DNA of 45,416 bases from Candidatus Coatesbacteria bacterium. Its GTDB lineage: Bacteria > JAFGND01. Below are positions 28,601 to 36,480 of this stretch, piece after piece (the first letter of the stretch is position 1; every line of letters starts with the position of its first letter). The stretch spans positions 1 to 45,416 of the forward strand of contig JAFGND010000087.1 of assembly GCA_016927185.1 (NCBI GenBank), in the 5' to 3' direction. A program made the translations under genes and the position numbers. The notes beneath the pieces were generated by a model. That model did no database searches. It was not told the DNA's origin and worked only from the letters and a program-made list of their open reading frames with translations.

Positions 28601-30126
28601 AACTTGCTGATAAATCTCTTGAAGAAGCTTTTTCATATTTTAAAAGTTATAAAGATAGCAGTTTCTTATATAAGATCTCTCATATTTATTATAAATTGAA
28701 TATTGAGGAAAAGGAGTTTCATAAAGCCTCTGAAATTGCAGGGGATGTTATTAATTATGCAAATTCTGCAAATCATTTCTACTCAAAATCTTCATGGGAA
28801 CTTAAGCTAGCCTATGTTTTGTATAAAACAAATGACTTTAACAAGGCTGAACAAGTTTTATTGAATGCAAAGAAATACTTCCAGTCATTCAACATAGCTT
28901 ATAAATGGACTAATCTTCTTGAGTTAGAGGGAGATTTATATAAATCGATGGAAAATTACAGGGATGCCAGGTTGACTTATGAAAAAGCGCTTGAATGCTT
29001 GAAATATAAGGAAGAACACGAGCTTGAACTTAATTTACTTATAAAATATATCAACTTGCTTGCTGAGAGTGGACTAATACAAAGATGTCATCAAGTGGCA
29101 GAAACGATAAGCAGGTTAGCCAGGGAAAAGAGCAGCAGCATATATGTAACTGAAAGCAATCTGGTTCTATCTGGTCTTTATCTGTCTCTGGGTATTTATG
29201 ATAAGGTAAAAGAGGTTATTAATCAATCAGCTGTTTTTTATCAGCATAACAGAAGATTAATAGCATTGGCTCGACTTCATACAGGACTGTCTGAATTATA
29301 TAAAGGTAATACTGAATATGGATTCAGGGAATTGAAGCATTCAGTTGCAACAGCATTTACTGTAGAGGATATGCTTTTAAGGTTCAATTGTCTGATAGGT
29401 ATATGCAGATACTTCATTGCAACAAAAGACTGGGTTAATGTGGTGGAAATACTAGACAAACTGAAAGCTCTTATCCCACCAAAATGGTTAAAAATAAAGA
29501 TAAGTTACTATCAGGCTCAGCTAGAGTATCTGCAGATATTGTTTCATTTTCAGAAATATCTGACTCTTAAAAATAAAAACGATCTTGATAGTGCACTTTC
29601 TATTCTGGAAGTATTATTTGAGCATTATAATCCCCCGGTAGAAGCAACTGTTTTCGATCTCAAGCTGAATTTATTGGCTTATCATATTTATGATAGCATG
29701 AATGATAGCAAATCATCATACCATATTTCAAGTGCTTACAAGATAGCGGAGAATATATTAATAGAAAATAAAAATGAGAAGATTCAGCTCCTGTTAAGAT
29801 CAAAAACAAGCTTCTGTCAGAGGGTATTGGATATTTTTGAAAAAAGCAATTTAAACGTAGGAAAAAGTAAACAAACAGAGATCTTTATAAACAGCAAGAA
29901 TACAAAGAGGGATTTTTTTAAGCAAAAAAAAGATAAATCAAATGCCAAAAAACATCATAAAATGGTTACTCATCAAAATGAAACTAAAGATAACAGAAAT
30001 AATGTTTCATTGGTAAGTATTCATCATGAAGAAAAAAGACAGGCAAATGTTCAATCTGATCCTTTCCAAGAGGAGAAGCCTGGCTTCATTCCAAGAATCG
30101 TGAAAAAGAAGATCTCCAAAAAATGA
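25699..30126 (+). CDS. Large STAND-like P-loop ATPase with TPR-like C-terminus and possible degenerate cyclase N-terminus
   Basis: FAGREQE, Walker A GEAGIGKT, Walker B LLICIDDAH, GNPVF, long helical repeats, disordered basic tail; TTG start uncertain. Confidence 0.8.
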   Translation: MAKPGYFCTPLIFNQLSRIKEIISDNKTRHAVEYLDFRRIVLAISFTFSGKNKEEYKANNAFFKYTGDILCKAGLIPLGIMKPVLYFAFNENTNKEEAIILARAIMMKFQQKQFKKGYIKIFKSLEPLEIKAALFEGNLTVSLLKLGRKRQSFIFGTAFDAVTESLTNTAPWMIAFPSSWQRENEDLLDLSTANGQLVFLTPRGEMAEKARKQISYKLDEIAGFLKEFSLPDFPGKQREFDAECNLEYFCFKGHFPVNSSIALKKSTWNQIFKEIDYLLSRIPDSIDYYYLINTKANSWFFELLVNSDHSRLPFIKESEINLPGFSIRDNFKINIITLGSYKKVNLIDSISDSADEVLSGVSVNDKILFIERADKEGADLIIKNGDAFRKRTLLVTEEKALDKEIAVENKDAEKAAKPKIIIYTPQQKTRIAYPSTREVFAGREQEKKILAKALNEQFAFVEITGEAGIGKTTLIKEFSRNANANLFYGSGQSRHGNIPLFADILNNILAVKFPIEFSALEKAFFSYIGKAFSKTPDREKIIAKWTEIFPLFSESVWGVKSNKCFLDWPSEAVNKFIDDVFIDFIKNHGMTGNKKLLICIDDAHKLMISDKNRLKKIVSRLYNVQNEQSVCLVYISRSIDKLDDRIIKNWCFHHIDLGKLDANECKTIISSSRNKDKITTEIEKRLISFGNPVFIKLAECGILPERKDKIQDAVHEYLQKLGTEERKVISILSWSGNEWNLNHLKEIYKFNLKNIDEIKFFFSDLDIKEGSFAFRCLFLRDIIVSEIPKEDKIKLHAKWFDHLKILHQCSNWTSDLSLCFYHAFESRRYEEASELGMKLARLFQKDEQWNELVRVLRKLEMIPKPSRMLTFTISLFYLYYFLHQDSLQEIKRRINQLDKLVRNMKDKKEIIEYWLLKAEYSKRYESRILAQEMILELQRRVKRWKDEEIQASISFLIGSIAFKLGQYKLADKSLEEAFSYFKSYKDSSFLYKISHIYYKLNIEEKEFHKASEIAGDVINYANSANHFYSKSSWELKLAYVLYKTNDFNKAEQVLLNAKKYFQSFNIAYKWTNLLELEGDLYKSMENYRDARLTYEKALECLKYKEEHELELNLLIKYINLLAESGLIQRCHQVAETISRLAREKSSSIYVTESNLVLSGLYLSLGIYDKVKEVINQSAVFYQHNRRLIALARLHTGLSELYKGNTEYGFRELKHSVATAFTVEDMLLRFNCLIGICRYFIATKDWVNVVEILDKLKALIPPKWLKIKISYYQAQLEYLQILFHFQKYLTLKNKNDLDSALSILEVLFEHYNPPVEATVFDLKLNLLAYHIYDSMNDSKSSYHISSAYKIAENILIENKNEKIQLLLRSKTSFCQRVLDIFEKSNLNVGKSKQTEIFINSKNTKRDFFKQKKDKSNAKKHHKMVTHQNETKDNRNNVSLVSIHHEEKRQANVQSDPFQEEKPGFIPRIVKKKISKK

Positions 30127-30152
30127 AAGCGGTGAGATTTCCAACCGCTTTC
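30125..30152. terminator. Hairpin between convergent genes, likely bidirectional terminator
   Basis: gaaagcggt/accgctttc 9-bp stem. Confidence 0.65.
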
Positions 30153-30176
30153 GAGTAAAATGAGTTTTAAAAATCC

Positions 30177-31010
30177 TTATTCTATATCATAGGGTAAGCC
30201 CCAGGCTTTGCTTGAATAAGCTTCATCATCAGTAAACATGGAATCATGAGTTATGACATCGAAAAAAACATGATATCTTTCAGGTTCTTCTGGAGTATAC
30301 CAATCTCCCTTGAAAGTATTATTCCCCATATATTGAAATGGTCTTCTTGATTGATATTTTGTGTCTTTTTTGTGTGAATGTATGAAAACAATCTCATTCT
30401 CACCTGGTCCATATACTGTAATTGTTGCAAGAGTATTTGCAGGGAAAAGAGCAATATTTTCAACCTGGAACAAATCTGATACAGATGTTATCAGAGTATC
30501 TATAGAACCGCATTCAACTCTAACTGAATCTATTTTGAGAGTATTTTCCTGGGTATCCATTGCTATACCAGTAATTTCCTTGATTGTCCAGCCGCGATAT
30601 GGATCTGAAATGTCTCCAGTTCTTTCTAAGACTATAATACGATGTCCTGTATCATTCAAGTCTTTCTGAATGATTTCTGTTAGAGTCTGAATATTGAAAT
30701 AACCTTTCAGATAGGTTGTTACATCAACAGTACAAATATCAGCTCTTTGTTTTATATATATATCCTTGTCAAATGGGCGTTGAGCAGTACGCCACCATGC
30801 TAAAGGATCAATATCTCCCCCAACAGTATCTTGTTCATATTTGTCTTCAGAATAGGAATCGCTGAAATCAAGATATGAGGTATTTTTTATCAAGGCAGCT
30901 ATAGCAGATTGATCCGTTGCATATTCTTCACTATCATCTGTATCATTATCGCAATTCAAACAAAGGAATACTGATAGTAAAATGGATGCAATCACAGATA
31001 GTTTTTTCAT
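30177..31010 (-). CDS. Probable lipoprotein of unknown function
   Basis: Start MKKLSV at 31010 after AAAGGAG; hydrophobic signal ending LNC, then acidic DNDTDDSEE. Confidence 0.75.
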   Translation of the reverse strand: MKKLSVIASILLSVFLCLNCDNDTDDSEEYATDQSAIAALIKNTSYLDFSDSYSEDKYEQDTVGGDIDPLAWWRTAQRPFDKDIYIKQRADICTVDVTTYLKGYFNIQTLTEIIQKDLNDTGHRIIVLERTGDISDPYRGWTIKEITGIAMDTQENTLKIDSVRVECGSIDTLITSVSDLFQVENIALFPANTLATITVYGPGENEIVFIHSHKKDTKYQSRRPFQYMGNNTFKGDWYTPEEPERYHVFFDVITHDSMFTDDEAYSSKAWGLPYDIE

Positions 31011-31091
31011 AATTTCTCCTTTCAAGATATCTAATACTTATACAGAAATTTGACATAAAACTCGCGAATACAAAATCATTAAGAGGTGAAA

Positions 31092-31105
31092 TTTTTTTCT
31101 TGACA
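31092..31105 (+). promoter_or_regulatory. Probable -35 element upstream of the peptide genes
   Basis: T-tract plus TTGACA at 31100-31105; a second TTGACA near 31050. Confidence 0.4.
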
Positions 31106-31180
31106 ATTTTTATTGTATTATTAAGACAACTTCAAAATGAATCAATAAAGGGAAACCATGTCAGGGAGGTGAATGATTAA

Positions 31181-31345
31181 ATGAAGAGATATAGTAAGCC
31201 AATTATCAGATCAGAGCAGATCTTTGAAAAAACAGCATTAGCATGCGACGATTATGTTTACTACGCAAAAGATTATGAAGGATGTATGGACGAATATCTT
31301 GGTCGCGGTAAAGAAACCACTGCTTGTGCTGAGACCTGGAGTTAA
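31181..31345 (+). CDS. 54-aa putative RiPP precursor peptide 1, not in the ORF track
   Basis: MKRYSKPIIRSEQIFEKTALACDDYVYYAKDYEGCMDEYLGRGKETTACAETWS; GGAGG RBS at 31165-31169; followed by a terminator; paralogue downstream. Confidence 0.9.
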   Translation: MKRYSKPIIRSEQIFEKTALACDDYVYYAKDYEGCMDEYLGRGKETTACAETWS

Positions 31346-31358
31346 TTTTTAATTCTTT

Positions 31359-31386
31359 AAAAGCGGTTCGTAAGAACCGCTTTTTT
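31359..31386 (+). terminator. Intrinsic terminator after peptide 1
   Basis: aaaagcggttc-GTAA-gaaccgctttt perfect stem with GNRA loop and T-run. Confidence 0.9.
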
Positions 31387-31455
31387 ATTTGTAAATCTCT
31401 TCAATGTGAAGAAGATACAAACTCAAATAATTGAAATGAGTTAAAGGGGTATGAA

Positions 31456-31626
31456 ATGAAGAAATATTTAAAACCGGTAGTAGTTTCTGAAAGGATTATG
31501 GAAAGAACTGCTCTCAAATGTGAAGACTACTTGTATTATACCAAGGATTATGAAGGCTGCACAGAAGATTACCTGGGAAGAGGTAAGGAAGAAGGTACTG
31601 GAGCTTGTGCAGAAACATTCAGCTAA
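31456..31626 (+). CDS. 56-aa putative RiPP precursor peptide 2, not in the ORF track
   Basis: MKKYLKPVVVSERIMERTALKCEDYLYYTKDYEGCTEDYLGRGKEEGTGACAETFS; AAAGGGG RBS; 37 identical residues with peptide 1. Confidence 0.9.
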   Translation: MKKYLKPVVVSERIMERTALKCEDYLYYTKDYEGCTEDYLGRGKEEGTGACAETFS

Positions 31627-31664
31627 GAATTGAATGTTGTAAATTGCTTTAAGATGTTTTTATC

Positions 31665-31699
31665 CTCTGCAAGACAGTCTTAAATATTGTTTTGCAGAG
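31665..31699 (+). terminator. Hairpin after peptide 2
   Basis: ctctgcaagacagt/attgttttgcagag stem with G-U pairs; weak T-tract. Confidence 0.5.
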
Positions 31700-31804
31700 T
31701 TAAAAAGTTTTTTTATATATTTCAAATCTGAAAATCATTAATATGACTTATATTCTTTACTAGAAAACTTGACTAAAAGTCTTTTTTTTAAATCAGCTAC
31801 AAGC

Positions 31805-32257
31805 ATGAAAAACAAGGAATTGATAGATAGTATTGAAAGCGACATTCCTTCTAGAACAATATCATGGACAGTTTTTCCCCTAAAGGATGAGAAAAGAGCT
31901 GCCAGTTTAATATGCATTTTTCTTATTGCACTTTTTGTTTATTTATATTTTGTATGGGGAACATTATACATGTTTCTTGGAATAGTAATAATGCTATCCT
32001 CTTTATGGGAATTCTTCACCCCTGTTACCTATACTTTCAAGGAGAATGAAATAGTAATACAAACAGTCTTCTCAAAAAAAACTTATGAATGGTCAAGATT
32101 CAGGAATTTTCTCATTGACAAAAAAGGAGTATTACTAAGTCCATTTAGTGGCAGAAGCCGTTTAGAACGATTTAGAGGGATATCAATACGTTTCTTGCCA
32201 GAAAAGAGAGAGGAAATAATTGAGTATGTTAAGAAACACATGGCAAGGGATAGTTGA
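31805..32257 (+). CDS. Membrane protein with two TM helices and a small C-terminal beta domain
   Basis: Likely ATG at 31805; hydrophobic hairpin; FFTPVTY, LLSPF...SRLERFRG. Confidence 0.75.
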   Translation: MKNKELIDSIESDIPSRTISWTVFPLKDEKRAASLICIFLIALFVYLYFVWGTLYMFLGIVIMLSSLWEFFTPVTYTFKENEIVIQTVFSKKTYEWSRFRNFLIDKKGVLLSPFSGRSRLERFRGISIRFLPEKREEIIEYVKKHMARDS

Positions 32258-32558
32258 GTGGTGGTATATGCCCACTCAGGAAGACAAGGAAGATCCTGAA
32301 GAAGATGCCGAGTTTATTTCATGGGCATCTAAAGAAGTGACAAAACGTCAAATGACAGTTCCAGCAATAATTTTCCTTGAAAGTATAAAACCAATGAATT
32401 TTATTTCTAATCAGCTTTTAGTAGGTTTGTCTCCAATAGTGCTTAGCATTTTTAAGGGGAAACGTTATGATCAACTTACAAAATTTCTTGAGAAAAGAGG
32501 AAACATAGAACGATTGCTTCAAGCTATTGAAGATGAAGATGCAAAGTTGAGAAAGTAA
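32220..32558 (+). CDS. Hypothetical protein
   Basis: Operon position; VPAIIFLESIKPMNFISNQ...FLEKRGNIERL; start uncertain. Confidence 0.7.
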   Translation: MSMLRNTWQGIVEWWYMPTQEDKEDPEEDAEFISWASKEVTKRQMTVPAIIFLESIKPMNFISNQLLVGLSPIVLSIFKGKRYDQLTKFLEKRGNIERLLQAIEDEDAKLRK

Positions 32559-32587
32559 GAGAAAGATAAGAAAGGAGCCTTAAGTCT

Positions 32588-34480
32588 ATGGCTAAAGACA
32601 TAGAAATAATTCTTGCAACTGATTGCGGGAGTACAACTACAAAATCAATATTGATAATGAAAAAAGAAGGTAAATATAGATTGATACGTAGAGGTGAAGC
32701 TCCTACAACAGTTGAAGCTCCAGTTGAGGATGTTACTCGAGGAGTGATAAATGCAATTGAAGAACTGGAAGAACTTACCGGTCTAAAGCTTTTGAAAGAT
32801 GGAAAAATACAAACTCCAATAGTTGATGGAGTGGGAGCTGATTTATATATATCTACAAGCTCAGCCGGTGGAGGCCTCCAGATGATGGTAGCTGGAGTTG
32901 TAAGAAGCATGACTGCTGAGAGTGCTCAACGTGCAGCATTAGGCGCAGGAGCTATAGTCATGGATGTTCTTGCTACCAATGACAAGAGATTGCCTCATCA
33001 GCAGATTGAAAGAATAAGGCATTTAAGACCTGATATGATATTGCTTTCAGGCGGGATTGACGGAGGAACAACGAAACATGTAATAACATTGGCAGAAATC
33101 ATCAAAGCAGCAGATCCAAAACCAAGATTGGGAAAATCATATAATCTTCCGGTGATCTATGCAGGAAATAACATGGCAATAACTAATGTAAAAGAACTTC
33201 TAGAGAATGTATGTTCTCTTCTGGTTGTAGAAAATATAAGACCAGTACTGGAAAAGGAGAATCTGGGTCCGGCAAGAGAGGAAATTCATAAGTTATTCAT
33301 GGAGCATGTAATGGCACAAGCTCCAGGGTATGACAAGCTAATGGATTGGACAGATGCCCCAATAATGCCGACTCCAGGAGCTGTCGGTTTTATTATAGAG
33401 CTTATTGCTGAGCAGCAGCAGATTGAGGTGGTTGGTGTTGATATTGGAGGAGCAACGACTGATATTTTCTCTGTTTTTGTAGACCATGATGACAAGATAG
33501 AAGGAACAGACCAGGGAAAGCGGAAATTCAACAGAACAGTTTCAGCTAATCTTGGAATGAGCTATTCTATATCCAACGTGCTTGCTGAAGCTGGTCTTGA
33601 AAATATTATGAGGTGGGTTCCTTTCAATTTTGATGAATCTGACATAAGAAACAGGATAAAGAATAAAATGATTAGACCAACAACAATCCCCCAGCTTATG
33701 GAAGAGCTCATTGTTGAACAAGCCATTGCCAAGGAAGCTTTAAGGCTTGCATTCAATCACCACAGGTCATTCGCTGTAGGGTTGAAGGGTGTCCAGAAAG
33801 AAAGAACAATTTCAGATGCTTTTGATCAAACCTCATCAGGAGCTACTCTTGTAAATATGATGAATCTCGACTTACTTGTTGGATCAGGAGGAGTATTAAG
33901 TCATGCCCCTAGAAGGCATCAATCAGCAATGATGATGATTGACGCATTTATGCCGGAAGGATTCACTAAACTGGCAGTTGATAGCATATTCATGATGCCA
34001 CAGTTAGGTGTTTTAGCTTCGATAGAGAATGAGGATATAAAGCATGATTGTCATAAGGCGGCTATGGAAGTATTCGAAATGGACTGTCTTATACATCTTG
34101 GCACTTGCATCTGTCTATCAGGTTCCACAAAAAAAGAAGGTGCTGAAGTTGCCAAGTTTACAATTGATTTCAAGAGTGGAAGGCAAGTAATTGACTTGTT
34201 GTATGGACAAATGAAACTCCTGCCTTTGAATTTGGGAGAAACTGCAACAGTACTGGTTGAACCGACAAGCAAGTTTGATGTCGGAGCAGGATTTGGCAAA
34301 CCCATTACTAAAGAAGTTACAGGTGGAGTGGTTGGACTTATTCTTGATGGAAGAGGCAGGATAAGAAATACAGATGGAACGAGTTATGTTCCAATTCCAA
34401 CAGATCCTGCAGTTAGAGTAAAGAAACTGAAGGAATGGATGCTGGAATTGAAAGCTTATCCTGAAAGAGTTTTTAGATAG
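32588..34480 (+). CDS. Glutamate mutase L (GlmL)-like ASKHA-fold protein
   Basis: TDCGSTTTK, TSSAGGGL, LSGGIDGG, IYAGN, MPTPGAV, VDIGGATTDIFS, RTVSANLGM. Confidence 0.85.
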   Translation: MAKDIEIILATDCGSTTTKSILIMKKEGKYRLIRRGEAPTTVEAPVEDVTRGVINAIEELEELTGLKLLKDGKIQTPIVDGVGADLYISTSSAGGGLQMMVAGVVRSMTAESAQRAALGAGAIVMDVLATNDKRLPHQQIERIRHLRPDMILLSGGIDGGTTKHVITLAEIIKAADPKPRLGKSYNLPVIYAGNNMAITNVKELLENVCSLLVVENIRPVLEKENLGPAREEIHKLFMEHVMAQAPGYDKLMDWTDAPIMPTPGAVGFIIELIAEQQQIEVVGVDIGGATTDIFSVFVDHDDKIEGTDQGKRKFNRTVSANLGMSYSISNVLAEAGLENIMRWVPFNFDESDIRNRIKNKMIRPTTIPQLMEELIVEQAIAKEALRLAFNHHRSFAVGLKGVQKERTISDAFDQTSSGATLVNMMNLDLLVGSGGVLSHAPRRHQSAMMMIDAFMPEGFTKLAVDSIFMMPQLGVLASIENEDIKHDCHKAAMEVFEMDCLIHLGTCICLSGSTKKEGAEVAKFTIDFKSGRQVIDLLYGQMKLLPLNLGETATVLVEPTSKFDVGAGFGKPITKEVTGGVVGLILDGRGRIRNTDGTSYVPIPTDPAVRVKKLKEWMLELKAYPERVFR

Positions 34481-34495
34481 AAAGGGGAGATAGAA

Positions 34496-35623
34496 ATGGC
34501 TCATGCATACAGTCCGGGATTAAAAGTAACAGATAAGATATTATTCAAGAAAAGAAGACGTCTTCCCTTGAAAGGTGATGTTCTTGTAAAGATAGGACAG
34601 AAAGTGAAAGCAGAAATGGTTGTTGCAAAAACCAATCTTCCTGGAAATGTTGAATCTTTCAATATTGCGAATAAATTATCTATACCACCTGAAGAAATCA
34701 GGGAGTATATGCTTAAGAAAGAGGGAGATTCTATACAGATTGATGAAGTTATTGCCAGAACAAAGGGTTTCTTTGGATTATTCAAATCAGAGTGCAAGAG
34801 TACAATTAATGGTACTATAGAATCTGTTTCCCAAATAACGGGTCAGGTTATGCTGAGGGAACCTCCAACTCCTGTTGAAGTCAAGGCATATATAGATGGG
34901 GAAGTGGTAGAGATAATCCCGCAGGAAGGAGTTGTTGTTGAGACACCAGCTGCATTTATACAAGGTATTTTTGGAATAGGTCCTGAAACACATGGAGAGC
35001 TGAAACTTATAACGGATGATCCCAACAAGATAATAGAAGCATCAGATATTCCATCTGATGCTGCAGGAAAAATACTTGCAGGGGGAAGTCTGGTTACTGT
35101 ACCGGCAATTAAAAGAGCTATTGAAATGAAGGCATCAGCAATAGTAACAGGTGGAATAGATGCAAAAGATCTAAAGGATTTCCTGGGATATGATCTGGGA
35201 GTTGCAATAACTGGAAATGAAGAGAATGGCATTACATTAGTTATAACAGAAGGTTTTGGCCGTATTAGAATGGCAAAATACACTGCAGACTTGCTTAAGA
35301 AAATGGAAGGAAGAATCGCTTCTGCTAACGGAGCAACTCAAATCAGGGCAGGAGTTATAAGACCGGAGGTTGTAATCCCATTACCAGATGTTGATAAAGT
35401 CAATCTGAAGGCAGCAGAAAAGGAAATGGCCGTTGTAGAAATGAGTTCTCCTGTCAGAGTGATAAGAGTACCTTTTTTCGGGATTCTTGGTAAAATAAAA
35501 GATTTGCCACCAGAACTGGAATTGATTGATAGTGAAGCTCATGTAAGAGTGTTTAATGTTACGCTGGAAGGTGGAGAAGATGAAACCATCCCAAGAGCTA
35601 ATGTTGAAATAATAGAGCAATAA
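34496..35623 (+). CDS. Conserved hypothetical protein with barrel-sandwich hybrid-like repeats
   Basis: GDVLVKIGQKV, LKKEGDSI, TEGFG, ATQIRAGVIRPE; directly after the GlmL-like gene. Confidence 0.8.
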   Translation: MAHAYSPGLKVTDKILFKKRRRLPLKGDVLVKIGQKVKAEMVVAKTNLPGNVESFNIANKLSIPPEEIREYMLKKEGDSIQIDEVIARTKGFFGLFKSECKSTINGTIESVSQITGQVMLREPPTPVEVKAYIDGEVVEIIPQEGVVVETPAAFIQGIFGIGPETHGELKLITDDPNKIIEASDIPSDAAGKILAGGSLVTVPAIKRAIEMKASAIVTGGIDAKDLKDFLGYDLGVAITGNEENGITLVITEGFGRIRMAKYTADLLKKMEGRIASANGATQIRAGVIRPEVVIPLPDVDKVNLKAAEKEMAVVEMSSPVRVIRVPFFGILGKIKDLPPELELIDSEAHVRVFNVTLEGGEDETIPRANVEIIEQ

Positions 35624-36474
35624 TGGCAAACTGGTTTGATAGTCCTGGTAAACCAAGTATAAAGACATCTACCAAAGCAGATATTCCAGATGGACTTTGG
35701 GCAAAATGTGATAACTGCAATGAGGTTTTCTATCAGAAAGTAATTGAAGAAAACCTCTGGACCTGTCCTGAATGCAAGTTTCATTTCAGAATATCAAGCA
35801 GACAGTATATGTCTTTTTTGCTGGATGAAGGAAAATTTACAAAAGAGATTGGAAGAACTTTAATACCAAAGGATCCCCTTGAGTTTATTGATACACAACC
35901 TTATCCTAAAAGAATAGGTGATATGCAGAAGAAAACTGGTATTAATGAAGCTTGTATTGCAGGGGAAGGGAGTATTTCCGGGCATCCCGTAATAATGAGT
36001 TTGCTTGACTTCAGTTGCATAGGCGGAAGCATGGGGAGTGTTGTCGGAGAAAAAGTTGCAAGAGTTTTCAAGAGAGGAATTCAGAATCGTTGTCCTGTAA
36101 TAACAGTTAATGCTTCTGGTGGAGCAAGAATGCAGGAAGGAATACTTTCTCTAATGCAAATGGCTAAGACATCAGCAATAGCAGGAGTATTTGCAAGGGA
36201 AGGCTTGATTTACATATCAATTTTTACTGATCCTACAATGGCAGGAGTTATGGCATCTTATGCAAGTCTGGGAGATATAATTATCTCTGAACCTAATGCG
36301 CTTGCAGGTTTTGCAGGACCACGGGTTATAAAACAGACAATCAGGGAGGAGTTGCCTGTTGGTTTCCAGAGAGCTGAATTCTTGCAGAAACATGGTTTCA
36401 TTGATATTATTTCTTCAAGAAAAAACTTAAGAGAGCTTCTTGTAAAGATCCTCTCATATGTTAGTATCCAATAA
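35623..36474 (+). CDS. accD: Acetyl-CoA carboxylase carboxyltransferase beta subunit
   Basis: LWAKCDNC...CPEC zinc finger, GGSMGSVVGEK, SGGARMQEG, GFAGPRVI, FQRAEFL. Confidence 0.96.
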   Translation: MANWFDSPGKPSIKTSTKADIPDGLWAKCDNCNEVFYQKVIEENLWTCPECKFHFRISSRQYMSFLLDEGKFTKEIGRTLIPKDPLEFIDTQPYPKRIGDMQKKTGINEACIAGEGSISGHPVIMSLLDFSCIGGSMGSVVGEKVARVFKRGIQNRCPVITVNASGGARMQEGILSLMQMAKTSAIAGVFAREGLIYISIFTDPTMAGVMASYASLGDIIISEPNALAGFAGPRVIKQTIREELPVGFQRAEFLQKHGFIDIISSRKNLRELLVKILSYVSIQ

Positions 36475-36480
36475 TAATAA

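Noticed and set aside
31173-31459. Tiny ATG-x-TGA minigenes overlapping the start codons of both peptide genes
   Set aside because: Too close to the RBS to initiate well, and similar atgaaatg contexts occur before unrelated genes (1730, 17968), so probably composition
31181-31626. Reading the peptides as classical lasso precursors or SCIFF ranthipeptides
   Set aside because: No lasso cyclase or peptidase in the window, Thr is at -4 rather than -2 relative to the first Cys, and there are three Cys, not six
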